NCBI RefSeq assembly: GCF_964194025.1 | Contig: NC_134475.1 | Coordinates: 11,470,001 to 11,534,000, forward strand | Length of the DNA: 64,000 nt | Direction of reading: 5' to 3' | Source of the DNA: Convolutriloba macropyga | Taxonomy: Eukaryota | Shown here: positions 27,067 to 39,820 of the stretch, piece by piece | Numbering within the stretch: the stretch's first letter is position 1 | How the letters are laid out: the number at the start of each line of letters is the position of its first letter | Position numbers and translations under genes: made by a program | The notes under the pieces: generated by a model | Databases searched by the model: none | Told to the model about the DNA's origin: nothing | Seen by the model: the letters and a program-made list of their open reading frames with translations, nothing else

Positions 27067-27941
27067 CCTTAGTTGAGAAATTTTCGATTTTTAAGGATAA
27101 GAAATAGTCGGTATCGTCGTTTTATTCTAGCCAAAAAAGACGAAATTTCTTACGATTTTTCGTCTGTATCGTCGTTTTTCTTCGCTATTTAAAATAAGAA
27201 AGATTAGGTAATGTTGTTTTTAAACTTAAGAAAGATTCGGTATCGTTGTTTTTAATTGTAAAAGAGGTTCGGTATCGTCGTTTTTAAACTTAAGGGAGAT
27301 TCGGTATTGTTTGGAGAAACAGCAGGATTTTTTAAACAGGGTCTGAAAAATAGATTAGTCCAGCAGACCGAACTATTAAAAACGATCGTCAGTGGACGCT
27401 TTGAAACGCAACCAACCGTGAAGAAAATTTTGCTTGCAAACTACAAGAAAATGCGTAAAATCTCAATGAATGCGAATTAATCAACAAAATTTTCATCAAT
27501 GTTCAACATTATGTGACATTTTTGAATTCAAAAGCAATCAATAAATTTATTTTCTTTCACTTTTTTTTGTGAATTAGCTAAAGAAAATTTTTCAATGAAC
27601 TTGCACATTCTTTCAGATTTTTGTTCTAAGAAGAACGTCTGAAATTTCTGCAAAACAACCGTATCTTAACGATTGACTACAATATATGCAGAAAAATCAA
27701 TTTCTCTAATGGAAAAAACGACAATTTCCTACGAATAAAACCAAACATACCGACGATCTCTTACGTTTAAATACCGAATATACCGAATCTTCTAAATCCG
27801 AACATACCGAACATCTTTTGCGTCCAAAAATGGCCATACCGAATCTTTTAAACGTTGGGAACCGACAAAACTGAGCAAACCGAACATACCAAAGATTCTT
27901 AAAAACGTTTTGTGATTTTTGTTCTGTGTTCTCAACTAGGG
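27067..27941. mobile_element. Foldback/MITE-like element with inverted TCGGTATCGTCG / CATACCGA subterminal repeats
   Basis: TIR CCTTAGTTGAGAA ... TTCTCAACTAGGG; ~30-bp subrepeats in opposite orientation at the two ends. Confidence 0.7.
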
Positions 27942-30900
27942 ATTAAAAAATTGAGTTACATTGTATCTTAATTTAATATCCTTGTTTAATTTAATAATTT
28001 CTCATTGTTCGTTTTTTGCGTCTCAAAATTTAGTACAAATAACTGCTTTGCGACCATGGAGATCCCAATTAAACAAGCCTTTTGACTGTGACAATTGGTG
28101 ACTGTACTTTCTTGTGATCAGGTTGTCCGTAATTCTAGCCCAACGAGTTTGCCTATAACAACCCGAAAAGCCCACGAAAGAGCTTACAAGCAATCTCTCC
28201 AGAAATTCTGCTTGCAACTGCTCGTCTGTACGCTCCTTATACTCACCTGTAACTCAATATCAGATGTCGTTTTATCCAATTATCCTAGTTTCTAAAAACC
28301 TAATATATATTTTTAAAATTTGAACTGAGAGTCAAAAATACATAAATTTCCAACTAATACTATAAAGGCCAAAATAATAATATGCGATTTAAATGATCCC
28401 TTTAATGTAAATAATGTACAAAACATTTTGTATGATGTTTGAATTTACTTTTCAAAATGGAAAAAAATGTGAATATGTTTCAGATTTTTAACCTTTCAGA
28501 TGTGGTAAAAGAGTTCTGTGACGCCAGCAACAAATTTTAAAAAATATTTATAGTGAGATGATGTTCAAGGGAAATTTTAATTTATTGTTTCGGTCAATTT
28601 CATAACATAACGGTTAGACTGATTTGGTTAATCGCACGTACTTATGAAAATCTCACTCGGTGGCGATCCTATGAACGTTTTTGTCTCCGCAAAGATTAGA
28701 GTGTCTCCAATTTAATTGAATTTTTTATCTTTTCGTAGAATTGCCATCCAATTCGAACAATTGAATAAAAGTTGAGTAAAAGCACTCATATAGCCGTTAG
28801 AATGAGCCGTGCTACTTTTTTTTGTTGGTGGGGGGTGGTGGTGGGCAAAAAAAGTAAGCCGGTCACAATCTCCTTTAGGTAAAAAACGAAAAATCTGAAA
28901 AAAATTGCCCCGACCACGCAAAGAATAAGCATATTCATTCTTCTTGAAGGATTGACAAACTGGCTTGACCTTTCCTGGCAACCATTTTCAAGAACCATAT
29001 ATGGTTCCGGATCCCTTCCGTTTTTGCCCCCCCCCCCCAACTTAGTGGGCGCATATTATTTGCACACACCAGACGCACGTGCCATATTTTCACATAATGA
29101 TTTACTATGTAATGGTAGATCCATGGTTCCAAGCAGACCATACAAAAATGTATTACATGTTTTGCTGTGGTTGCTAAGAATTCCATATGGAGTTCACACA
29201 ATCCACACGACATTTAAACCTTTCACATATAATAATTTAATGTGAAATGTTACAACCAGTTTTGCTCATCATAATTGTTTCTTAACAATCGTACAAGGTC
29301 ATCTATGTTATTTTTCGACATTATTATGCTACATTTTGTTGTTATGGTGCTACATTTTGCTGCTTTTTTAGGTTCTGGCTTATCCGGAACCTTTTTGTCT
29401 TTTTAGCTATCAGAGACTCTTTTTGTTTCTTGGGCTGCAAAGGAAAACTCGCCTAAAGTGCGGACAGTTTTTCTTAAAAATTTTTTAAGGATAGCATCCT
29501 TTTATCAGTGGATAAAATCATTGTTTGCGCTAACTTGTCAAGTCATATCTTGACTACTTTCCATTGCTCATAGGTGCAGTTCTCGGCTATATCAGCACAG
29601 GTCCTGGTGTCAGTTGACATAAGCGCATAATCTGGTAAAAAAAGGCTTTCAATGCGTTGAATATTTTGTTCTAGGTAATGTATGTGCTGGCAGGAACCTT
29701 TTCAGTTGTTGCGAAAATTGACTTTTTTAACAGACATTTTTAGCAATTGACTTTTCTTAGCAGATTTAAATATAATGCTTGCTTTCAGCGAAAGTACTCT
29801 ATTGAACACATTTCAATCAGAAAAGTCCTCAAATTATGCCCAATTTTTTCAAAAACTCAGTATTATGTTTGAACGATCTTTATAGAACTTCAACACATTA
29901 AAAAGCATATTTGATGACACATTTTTTTTCAAATTTTTCTCGCACATTTTTCAAAAAACATCCTGGCCTTATTCTTATTTCTTACGCATACAATAGTAGA
30001 AGTTGTAGAAGCGACGGCTTGAAAGAGATGTAAGATTAGATCTGAAAACGAAATTTGCTTTTATTGAATGTGAGAGAGCAGGATGATTGGAACACAAATT
30101 TTTTGTTATAATCCTGCTCAAAATGGAACCAAAAATAGCATAGCGTGACAGGTCCTGAATTACAAATCAGGAACTGTAAAACTAAAAATTTGACCACAGC
30201 CTTTGAATTTCATTAAAACAATTGACACGAAAAATTGGAGACACCAAAAACAGATCACATCATGTGGACAATGTTCATAATACGGGTAATGACATATCAG
30301 CTTTGTTGAAAAACAATGAAAAATAAAGCAACTAAAACGACAAAAAGGGACAATTGGAAGAACTCAATATGTTTTTTTTGAATAAGTAGTGGTGTCTAGT
30401 TTAACAAAAATTGTAACCATAAAACAAAAGCATTAAATCTGTGATTCGTTTTTAATGTTGGAAAGCAGCGATGAGTGTTTCCTGATTACACTAAACGACA
30501 AAAATATAAGAATGAAGGAATAGGAATAACAGCTAATGCAGGAATTTTTCAAATATTCGTTAAAGTTTTCACAAAATAAGATTAGATAAAATCCAACTAA
30601 AAGATTTTGAATTTCGCATCAAACCGTTATATTTAGATAATTGGAATGCAACAATTAAAAAGCTCAATATTCGTAGCTTTTTCAATGCGAAAAAACTTAA
30701 CAAAAAAAGTTAGATCAAAAACAATTTACAGGCCGAAAAAAAGCCAATTGTGGCAAAACTCTATATTTCTTTATATTTCAAAACAAGTAACATCAAAATC
30801 TCATATATATTCATTTTCAATTGCATTACAATTGCATTAGTTTATTCATGCTTTCTTAGAAAAACAATCGGATGAGACTAAATAATAAGGTTGCAAAAAA

Positions 30901-32466
30901 CAAAAACTACAGTCAAAAGACAAAATTTTATGGGCAATAATAATGTCAAATCGAAAAAAAATCAAAAGCCATAAACTAGAAACATTAGCTAGATCTTTTT
31001 AAGCAACAATTATCTTCAATGAGAAAAAACGCGGTCATCTGCTATATATGAGACTATATGATAAAAAAGACTAATTGTAATATCTAATTTATAAAAAAAA
31101 TCCTCGAATCCTAAGTTCCTCTAATCATAAATCGAGGATTAAAAAGACGTTGATTTGCCGAGATTTTGAAGCATAACAATTCTGCACACCCTTGATCTGT
31201 TGCACATTTTTGAAAGTTCTTGTTAATTTCCTGAGCTCGAAAGAAAAACTCATGCAAGGCAAACTTACCCAAAATAGGGAGTTTTTTGGAGGGAGAATGT
31301 AAAGTTTTGACGAATTGACACTCGATGCTATATTTTTTAGTAAACCTTATTTTATAATAATGCAAAAACTTTATATATCAGTATTGCGGTATTTTGTACA
31401 TAGAAAAATAATGGAAGTAACAAAACACTGTAATTGGAATAATCGCTTTCAGCATTCACGTTAAGCCGCACAGTGACTAAACTCTCCTGCCCAATAGATT
31501 GAACAAATATAATAAACCAAAAATACCTCATGTAATGTTGTAAACAGTTTAATGGCTATTGTAAACGCGCGTGTCTTTCCATCCACAATTTTGCTTGACC
31601 ATATTCGCTCTGGAGCATTCTTTTGATTTAACTTGTCGAAAGTCACCCTTGACGTTTTGATTTTTGCGTGACATATATAGCTCTTATTCAGAAATTAATT
31701 CTGGGCTATCAGAAATTACGATTATGTATGATATGGGCTAACACAAGGCCCGGATATGAGAGAGATAATGCGTCAGTCAATTCCGGAGGTCCCAGATCAA
31801 ACCCATCCTGTGTTGACAAGAGTTGCACCCTCAAAAAAATTATCTAGGCTATAGCCCCCCCCCGTCTGAGAGCAATTTGTCTGACGTTACCGGGCTTATA
31901 ATTGTAACGATGAGTTCCAATTGTGAAGTTTGGTGCACGGTATGAACCTTTTTCACAAACATTTCTGACTAGTTTTCAACAAAACGATAGTCAGGAGATT
32001 TTTGGGGTATTTCCCATCAAACCCCCCCCCCCCCCACCTCCACTTTAAGATATGTTAACCATGATTTTTATGGGAAGGGGTTCAATTGGAAATGCCCCAT
32101 TTTTGTCGATGTTCTTTTTGATAGAAATAGAAGATAAATTTTGACAGAAACAGTTCCCTTTTACCTTCCTTTGAGTCTAGATCATTCTAGCATAGCAGAA
32201 AAATTGCCCGGAAATGTTACAGCCTGATGTTTTTTTTTCCTATGCTTCATATATTTCTCTTAAATTTTTGATCCTAATATTTTTTCACAATAAGCCCCCC
32301 GCTCAAGCAGTAACCAAAAATTTCTTAATTGTCATAAAGGAGGTATAATTTTCTTTGCATTGCAATGCGAACAACCAACTTTCAGTCGTTGCTTTTCAAA
32401 GTTTCAAGTTCTATTGTGCTAAAATATATTTTTACATATACAGATACCATCTATTTTCAAAAATAT

Positions 32467-33578
32467 TTATTGGCACAAGTTTTGTTCGTAGCAGTCTATG
32501 GTTGGAATAGAAAGATGATTTTTAAAGATATTTTCTGGATCGAACTTCGTTTTGGCGGTCATAACTTCGTATTTTGACTCGCCGTAATGGAAATCCATCA
32601 TACCAACATGACCACCTTGATCGGACCGACCGTGTGATGCGTCTTCGTATCCGCGGTACGAGTAGTTGGTATATGGTCGCAAAATATCCCAAAACTCAGC
32701 CTGAAATTTTTGAATTAGGGTTGCTTTCTCGGGTGTATCGCCTCGTTTTGGATATGTTGTAAATATTGCCCTGCATCCCTTGCCTTTGTACACGCCATAC
32801 ATTTCATCAGAAAATGTGTTACCGCCAAAAAGCTCAACATTTGTACCAATGTCCGCTGGAAGGAGCTGTTTTCTGTATTTGGGATGAAAATAGTGTTTTT
32901 CTAATTTTTCAAATACCTCCAAGGGTACGTGGTCAGTACATATGTAACCACTGGTGACACCATTGTACTCGCTATTCGTGTGTTCTCGATAATCTCGAAG
33001 CCAGGTGGACTTTGGGTTTACCGATTTGGAGTATGCGTGGGCGCCGTAAGTATATTTCCATAGGTCCGTGTAGGGCACTTTAAAAATGTTGGCTGAAATA
33101 ATATCTACACCACGCTTTTTGGCATCGTCGACTAAGTTTTGTACTACCTCATTTTGGAGTGTACTGTTGCTGAAAAGTTCGCCAGTCAATGCACCCTGAA
33201 CCAAAGTGAACTTATCAAAAAGATATGTGTATATGTACATCATATCATCGGATAACGTGTCTGCAATTGACACGAAGTAATGCAACCATTCTCCTGTTGA
33301 TTTGGGATCAATTTTGATTCTCAGGAACCCGTACATTGGTTCTAAAGGTCCAAGTTTTAAAGTTACATGAGTAATTATCCCGAAGGAAGAGCCACCCGTG
33401 CCTCGCAGGACATCAAACAAGTCACGGTTCTCGTCAAAAGAAGCGTTGACGACGTCTCCAGTCGGCAGAACGACTTCGTAGTTGAGCACTGTGTTTATCA
33501 TAACGCCGTATTTTCGTGTCGTGAATCCAGTCCCGCCTGTTGAAGACAGTCCACCAATGCCGACATCTGGACAATCTC
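32467..33578 (-). CDS. BBE-like FAD-linked oxidase, last exon (rest of FAD-binding domain, substrate domain, C-terminal BBE domain)
   Basis: Acceptor CCAG|GA joins in phase 1 to give G-DCPDVGIGGLSSTGGTGFTTRKYG. Also DLFDVLRGTGGSSFGIIT and KTKFDPENIFKNHLSIP. Open to the stop at 32467. Confidence 0.92.
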
Positions 33579-34003
33579 CTGGTGGTCATAAATATTCACA
33601 GTGATATCGGATCAGATCAAGTTACAAAGAATTCTTCGTCAAAATTTCATTTATGATGTTTATGTGTTTAATGAACACCTCTTTCATTCGCTTTTTTTCC
33701 TTCTTTCCTTTTTTTGCCCCCTTCTCTCCACAATTCTTAGATTACCAATCTGATAGCCCCCCCCCCCAGAAATTCAATTTCTGTTACTTATTGATACTTG
33801 TTATGATAATGGTAATATGCCAATACAGAAAAAAGCCAGCGGGAACGCAAAAAATATTTCATTGTACGCGTATAAAGGATTTTTAAATCATAAAAGGCAA
33901 GCGTCAACACTACTGTAGGTCCTAGTAATGACGTGTGACTATTAATTAGCCAATTAGTTAAAAAGCTCCAACCAAAGTACCAATTTCGAAAACAAATGCT
34001 TAC

Positions 34004-34235
34004 CTCCAATTACCAGCAGTTTGTATTTTTCAAGCGCTTGATAAGCTTCGCCAACTCTCACCCCCACACCTAAAACTACTTCTTTCTTCTTCGGCTTCAC
34101 AGATATTCGTCGCATTCGCTTCATGTCAACAATGAAACCGTGCTCCACAAAGGAAGTGCCTCCGAAGCTGTGAGCACCTGAACGCACTCGAAAGGGAACC
34201 CTCGCCGGTTTGCTGCCAGCCAGACATTTGACAAC
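34004..34235 (-). CDS. BBE-like FAD-linked oxidase, internal exon
   Basis: TTAG|GTT acceptor, GAG|GTAAGC donor; encodes VVKCLAG...FRVRSGAHSFGG...IVDMKRM, with the RSGxH FAD-histidine motif. Confidence 0.92.
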
Positions 34236-34310
34236 CTAAGAGCCAACTTTATTATTCCCCTGAGATATTTTTAGTTCTAATATAAATAGTTGGTATATAT
34301 CTACATTAAT

Positions 34311-34440
34311 GGCGTGATAACCGAGAGGTAAGGTGTGTGATTGACACGCCAATGATTGAGAGTTCGATCCCCTGCTTCCGTGAAGCTGTCTGTGTGGGGA
34401 ATAGCACTTACTTAACCATAGCTTTAGGTTGACCATAGCG
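34311..34440 (+). mobile_element. tRNA-derived SINE-like element in an oxidase intron
   Basis: A-box-like TAACCGAGAGG and B box AGTTCGATCC (34361), followed by a non-tRNA body; 3' end approximate. Confidence 0.55.
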
Positions 34441-35006
34441 TGACCAATGTTGGCTGTAATAATGGTACCACGTGAAAATATCAGACGCAAAAAATTGGCC
34501 ATAGTCACCAAAAAAGAGCATTCATGCTCACAAAATGAACAGGGTGAGATATGGCGAATAATTGAAAAAGGACAATTAAAAACAGGTTACTGTTAATGCA
34601 GATTAAAAAGCTTAATGCTGCTTCGCTGCGATTAAGCAGAAACAAATTAATATTATTATTATTATATCAAGTTCATTAGTTGATGCCCTCGTTTGTTTTT
34701 AAAAGAATTCTTTGTTTTTTTTTGCACAGAATGTTGCGAGTTCTCCGCAAAAAAACATTCCATGAAAATTCACCGCCCTTGGAAACTCATCTCCTATTTT
34801 CAGGTAAATTTTAAGTATTTTTCAGGTGTGTTCAGGTGTGGTTCAGGTGAGACAAATCTACCTGAACTGTTCAGGTAAGTTCAGGTGTTTTTTCAGGTAA
34901 ATTTACCTGAACTTTTTTTTGGTTTGTATCCGCGATGCTTGTTTTTAAACTCGAATTTCTGCCTTTGCTTTTAATACTGACTTGAAACGGGGATTTGCGA
35001 ACTGAC

Positions 35007-35162
35007 CTTGACTGTTTCCTTTGTGTCAATAGGGAAGACGAATCCTGGAGTAAGTTTACACAGTGAACATGATCCTGCATCTTTGAGGTAGTAGACGTTG
35101 ATGTCTTCAGAGTGGAGACAATCAACTATGTGGCTGTAGTTCTGTGGCACCTCACAGTAAGT
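35007..35162 (-). CDS. BBE-like FAD-linked oxidase, upstream exon (absent from the ORF track in this frame)
   Basis: TTCTTCAG| acceptor, AAG|GTCAGT donor, 156 nt, phase 0/0: TYCEVPQNYSHIVDCLHSEDINVYYLKDAGSCSLCKLTPGFVFPIDTKETVK. Joins VVKC to give the family pattern P..v.P....v..vvk. Confidence 0.8.
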
Positions 35163-35383
35163 CTGAAGAAAATTTGCATCTTTTCAACAATCGCACCCGC
35201 TTCTAATCTTTACTTAATGCTATAACACAAAAAACTCGAGATTGGCGAATAAGCATTCGATCAAGATGAGATAATATCAGGGTCAGGACGGTACCGGACA
35301 GCTGTTTACATCCGTGCAAAAAATGTGGCTATGCCCTCCGACTAGTCAATAAACCGCTCATGCAAATTGTATTCAAGAATTAC

Positions 35384-35434
35384 CTCACTTTTTACAATAG
35401 GGGAGTCAATATTGTCAAAAATATCAGAACGCGT
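35384..35434 (-). CDS. Possible 51-nt further upstream exon of the oxidase
   Basis: TTTTGATTAG| acceptor, GAG|GTAATT donor, phase 0/0, encodes TRSDIFDNIDSPIVKSE; no homology support. Confidence 0.35.
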
Positions 35435-35759
35435 CTAATCAAAACCAATTAACACTAAAAAAAATCTATTTTGCAAATAGGGCATATCGATATAAACCAG
35501 GAATCAGTTTTTGTATTTATATAAGTATGCAACCTAGGATTGTTATTGTTCATCTTAAGCATCCCAATATAACCCCACACTTGTGTTAACGACGATTCAA
35601 AAAACCTCTCAATTTAGCCTAATGTCCATGATGATAAAAACGCTATTAATGTCACTTTCGGATCAGTACCTCAAAGTGTGATGGGAAAGCCACAAGCAAG
35701 TACTCCACTTTGTGTAGGAACGTCCTTTGGGAGTGAGTATTTTATAAAAAAAATATTTT

Positions 35760-38700
35760 TCACTAAAAGTTGCCTAAGATTTAAAATCCCTTTTCCATTT
35801 ACTTCTCTCTCTTTCCTTTTTCTCTTAACCTTACACTTCAGAAGTCTTTTAAATCCACTTCTTTCTTAGCTTAAGCTTTTTAATTAGTTTTTTAAAAGTT
35901 GCTCTCTCCTTTACTATAGAGCATTTAGACTTCTTAACAAGGTTAGCTGCAAATTTTTTTTATTTGGAAAAATTGTCCGCATCTAGCCTCTATAGAGAAC
36001 AATGGAAACTTCAGAGCCTCATTGAGGCTGATTCTCAACATGAGCCAAACTGACAGCCTTTTATCTGAGGCCAGAATGACAGCAGAAGAATCAACGCAAG
36101 ATGAAAGCAATTTTTTTTGAAGTGCGAAACAAAAGAGAACGTTTCAGAAAACAAATGCCCACCTGACCAACAACGTAAGACCTATGATTGTTTCAATTGA
36201 TCCAAGACCATCACAAATTGAGTTTGCAAGAGCAATAAAGTCGAATTTTCCAGCCGTTAATTCAAGCAAATGAGAGAACTGAAGAACAATACCGATTTTT
36301 TTATTCAACCAGAGGACCTTGCTTCAAGAGAATTCCTAATGCTGTCACTAAACCTAAATCAAGCCTTTCCAAATGCCAAAGTGAATGCCAGGAACACACT
36401 TCCTCAGCCGAAAACTAAAGCAAGTGTTGTCATTGTAAACGTTCACCACAGCATTACTGAAGATGAGGTAAAAGAAGAACTCCTAACCAACAACGAAATG
36501 GATGTCACCAAAGTGTCACGAATAACAAGTCGAGCAACCAGTCCACCAACAAAATTAATACGTGTGATTACAGAATCAAACCATCAAGTCAATGCAGCTC
36601 AAAAACAGGGCGTCAAAATAGGCTGGCAGCTACACCGATGTGAAACAAGCCGAGAACCACCACATGAATGCGCCAACGCAACTCGATGCCTTCGCTGCTC
36701 GCAAGATCATAGTGTTAAAGAATGCGCTGTTGCAAAACAAAACGCCAAAAGCAAAAAATTGTGGTGGTACTCATGTGACAGTTTATCGAGGGTGTCTAAC
36801 ATGTCAGCAGAAATTAGCAGAGGCCTCGAAAAAGATAAATGAGAATAAATTCTCAGCTGTAGCCAACAAATTGAAACCTCATGCAAACACTGAGCTAACG
36901 CCAGGAACGGAAAAAAATTGCTCTTCTGGTAGTTGAAGTTCTGAGGAAAATTCGAACAGTTCTTAACACTATGTCTTACAGTGATATAGTAAATATTGTC
37001 TCTAACAGCGCCTCACGCATCTTCAATAAAAAAAATAGATGGCCAAAGAATACATGAGAGCATTAAAAGCGCGCATACAGCTCCTTTCATTTCAATGCAA
37101 TCAAACAACCTAACAAGTAGCCAAAACTTTTCGCGAAATGGATAACCTCAAAACTTTGCAATGGAACTGTCGCGGCCTCAACAACAAAACAAACGATCTG
37201 ATTCTAATTTCAGCAGAAGCAGACATAGATGTAATTTGCTTGAATAAAGTTAGAATTGGAAGAAATCAATACCCCTCAACACCTACATCGTTGCGACGGA
37301 AAGCTGCAACAACGTTCATCATGGTTCTGCCATCTTAGTGAAGAAAAGCATTGTTGCGAACAGAACCAGTAGAAAAAGAAACCGATAGAAATGGTTGAAA
37401 CACATGGTCGAACAATTGAAACACTGAAGCTTTGCCTTAGGTTGCCCTTTTTGATGAGTTTTAGATAATAACTGTTTACAATTCCCCTGGAATGCCGCTG
37501 TCGTCCAAGAAAATATTTTCAGGAAAGTTGAAAAATGTCTTTTTATGCGGCGATTTCAATGCTCCCCACCCAGAACTGAACTGCTCCTATGATTCTGAAA
37601 ATGGAGAAAAGATTCCAAAAGTTATTGACGAGGGCACTTTTAAACTGCTGAAGACGGATATCACACATCACACATATCAGTCATCTGACGGAAAATGCAA
37701 AAATATGTTAGATCTGCATTTTTGCGATAATTCACTCCTTACAAATTTTAAGGATTTTCAAGTATCAGAAGATCTAGGCAGTGATCACTAAATTACAAAT
37801 ACAACAATGAACCTAAGAAGAAGCAAACTTTTTCAGCTAAAATCATAAATCAACTACAGGAAATTTAGACAAAACACGCTAAAATTTTAAAGATCATAAA
37901 ATCTCTGGCCTGCGAAGTATCCAAAAAAGGATGAAATAATTCAGTTCAGCAATAGCTTAGTTGAAATAATACACAAATTTCTCGAAGACACCTGCATTAA
38001 CAGGAAAGTGTTCCCCTACAGTGTTGAGACACAAAAATTGATTAAACTGAAGAGAGGAAGGCGAAGAGAGCTCAAAACTGCAGTTGGCGATCACTTTATT
38101 TCTTTAAGAAAGGAGATAAATTACCTATAGAAAAAAATTAAACGTTCCATGAGGCGGTCAGATGAAAGAAAAAGAACAAAAAATCTCGGAAAGTGCTTTT
38201 GACGGACAATGACGGATAAAATTTGCTACAAACTCCCTAAAGATTTTCCTAAAAATGTTGAAGTCCTTGCCTGTATGCTCATATCTAGCTCAATTAATAA
38301 CTCGTTTGTTTTAGTTAACTGGAAAGATTCCCAAATTAAAAGGATAAAAAAGGAAAACAAAGACCAATCGAAGGCTGAAAACTACCGACCCATTAGTCTT
38401 ACAAATTGTTTAGCCAAAATATGTAAAACTGTTGTAAAAAACATTGTTATGGAACATTGTGAAAGTCAAAATACATTCGGCGAGACTCAGAGCGCTTACA
38501 TGAAACACCACCGCACCACAGACAACCCGTCACACAACACGTCAGTGAAGCCCTCCAGTGCTCCGAAATGGTTGGTTTTGTATGCTTGGATGTCGATAAA
38601 GCGTTTGATTCTGTATGGCGCCTAGGACTCGTTCACAAGCTAAATTCGATTGGGCTAAATAATTCAGTTATAAGGTGGATAAATTCTTTTTTATCGCAAA

Positions 38701-39820
38701 GGAACTTTGTTGTGAAGATAAATTCTACTGTCAGTGATAGTTTCAATCCGTCAGTTGGAGTACCTCAAAAGAGCGTAATTGCTCCAATCCTCGTTCTCAT
38801 ATACGTTAGACGTTTGCCTAAAATAGAAGCCCAGATCTCACAGTTCACTGATGACTTTGCACATTACTATAGGTCGCGCTCCCCCAAATTAATTCAAAAA
38901 CATCTACAATCATCGCTGAACAGCCTAATTGATTGGTGTTACTCACTGAAATTTAAATTAAATCCAAACAAAACTCATTACCTGATATTTAAAAACCCGT
39001 CAAAAGAAAAAATTTCCTTTTGAACTCCACATAAAATGAGTATTAATTCAGAAGACACAATCGATAAAACTCCTTGGCATCACTTTCACTCCACACCTCA
39101 AGTTGAGTGAACATTGCAAAGATCTAGTACGAAGAAAGAACAGCAGGCAATTTCAACTCTGGAAGCTTAGTAATCTAAACGTTAATGAAAAAAGTCTAAT
39201 TTTGGTCTACATATCTTGGGTCCGACCTCTTTTTTTTTGTACTCAAATGCTTTTTGGCTGGATCATTCACATTCCCTTATCAATAATATACAAAACATGC
39301 AAAACCGAGCTCTACGAATTGGCCTTGGAAAACCAAGATGGTACCAGGTACAGAAACTCCACGAAGAGGCAAACATGAAGTCAGTGAGAGAAATGCAAAT
39401 TAAATTGGACAACGGGTATATTCAAAGAGCAGTAAAATACAACATATTCTTTGTATTAGAATTGATATTTAAGGAACAACAGCGCCCGCTCAACTCCTGC
39501 AAAAGCACTCTTGACCATCTCCAATACTAAATCTTCTAGCCGCATACACCAAAGAGTAGTGGTTAAAATGACTGCCTATAATTGTGATCAACTATACAAA
39601 ATGAGGATCAATCCCAGTTCATTCGCTGAAATTCAATATCAATGATCATAGTCGATCAAACAACAGAAATGTGCTCGAAGACAGAAGAAATGCAAGAACT
39701 GAGAGCACAAAAAGGAAAATAGGGAAAAACGGAAAAATCCAAGCACAACAACAAACTGAAAAACAGAGAGACAGACAGTGCGAAGGAAACACAGGCAGCC
39801 AAATAAACAAAAATCATAAA
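35760..39820 (+). mobile_element. Decayed near-full-length Jockey/I-group LINE (gag-like ORF1 with zinc knuckles; APE-RT ORF2)
   Basis: ORF1: CLRCSQDHSVKEC, CGGTHVTVYRGC. ORF2: LQWNCRGL, CGDFNAPH, GSDH, NYRPISLTNCLAKI, LDVDKAFDSVW, GVPQKSVIAP, QFTDD. Linker apparently shortened near 38200; ends approximate. Confidence 0.88.

Noticed and set aside
28247-28291. Minus-strand 45-nt exon-like segment (TTTTAG...CAG|GTGAGT); similar lone donors near 25937 and 13788
   Set aside because: Stops in all three frames and no linkage evidence; could be UTR exons but cannot be supported.
32467-35162. Bacterial contamination as the source of the oxidase
   Set aside because: GT-AG introns in compatible phase, one holding a SINE-like element, contiguous with metazoan TEs.
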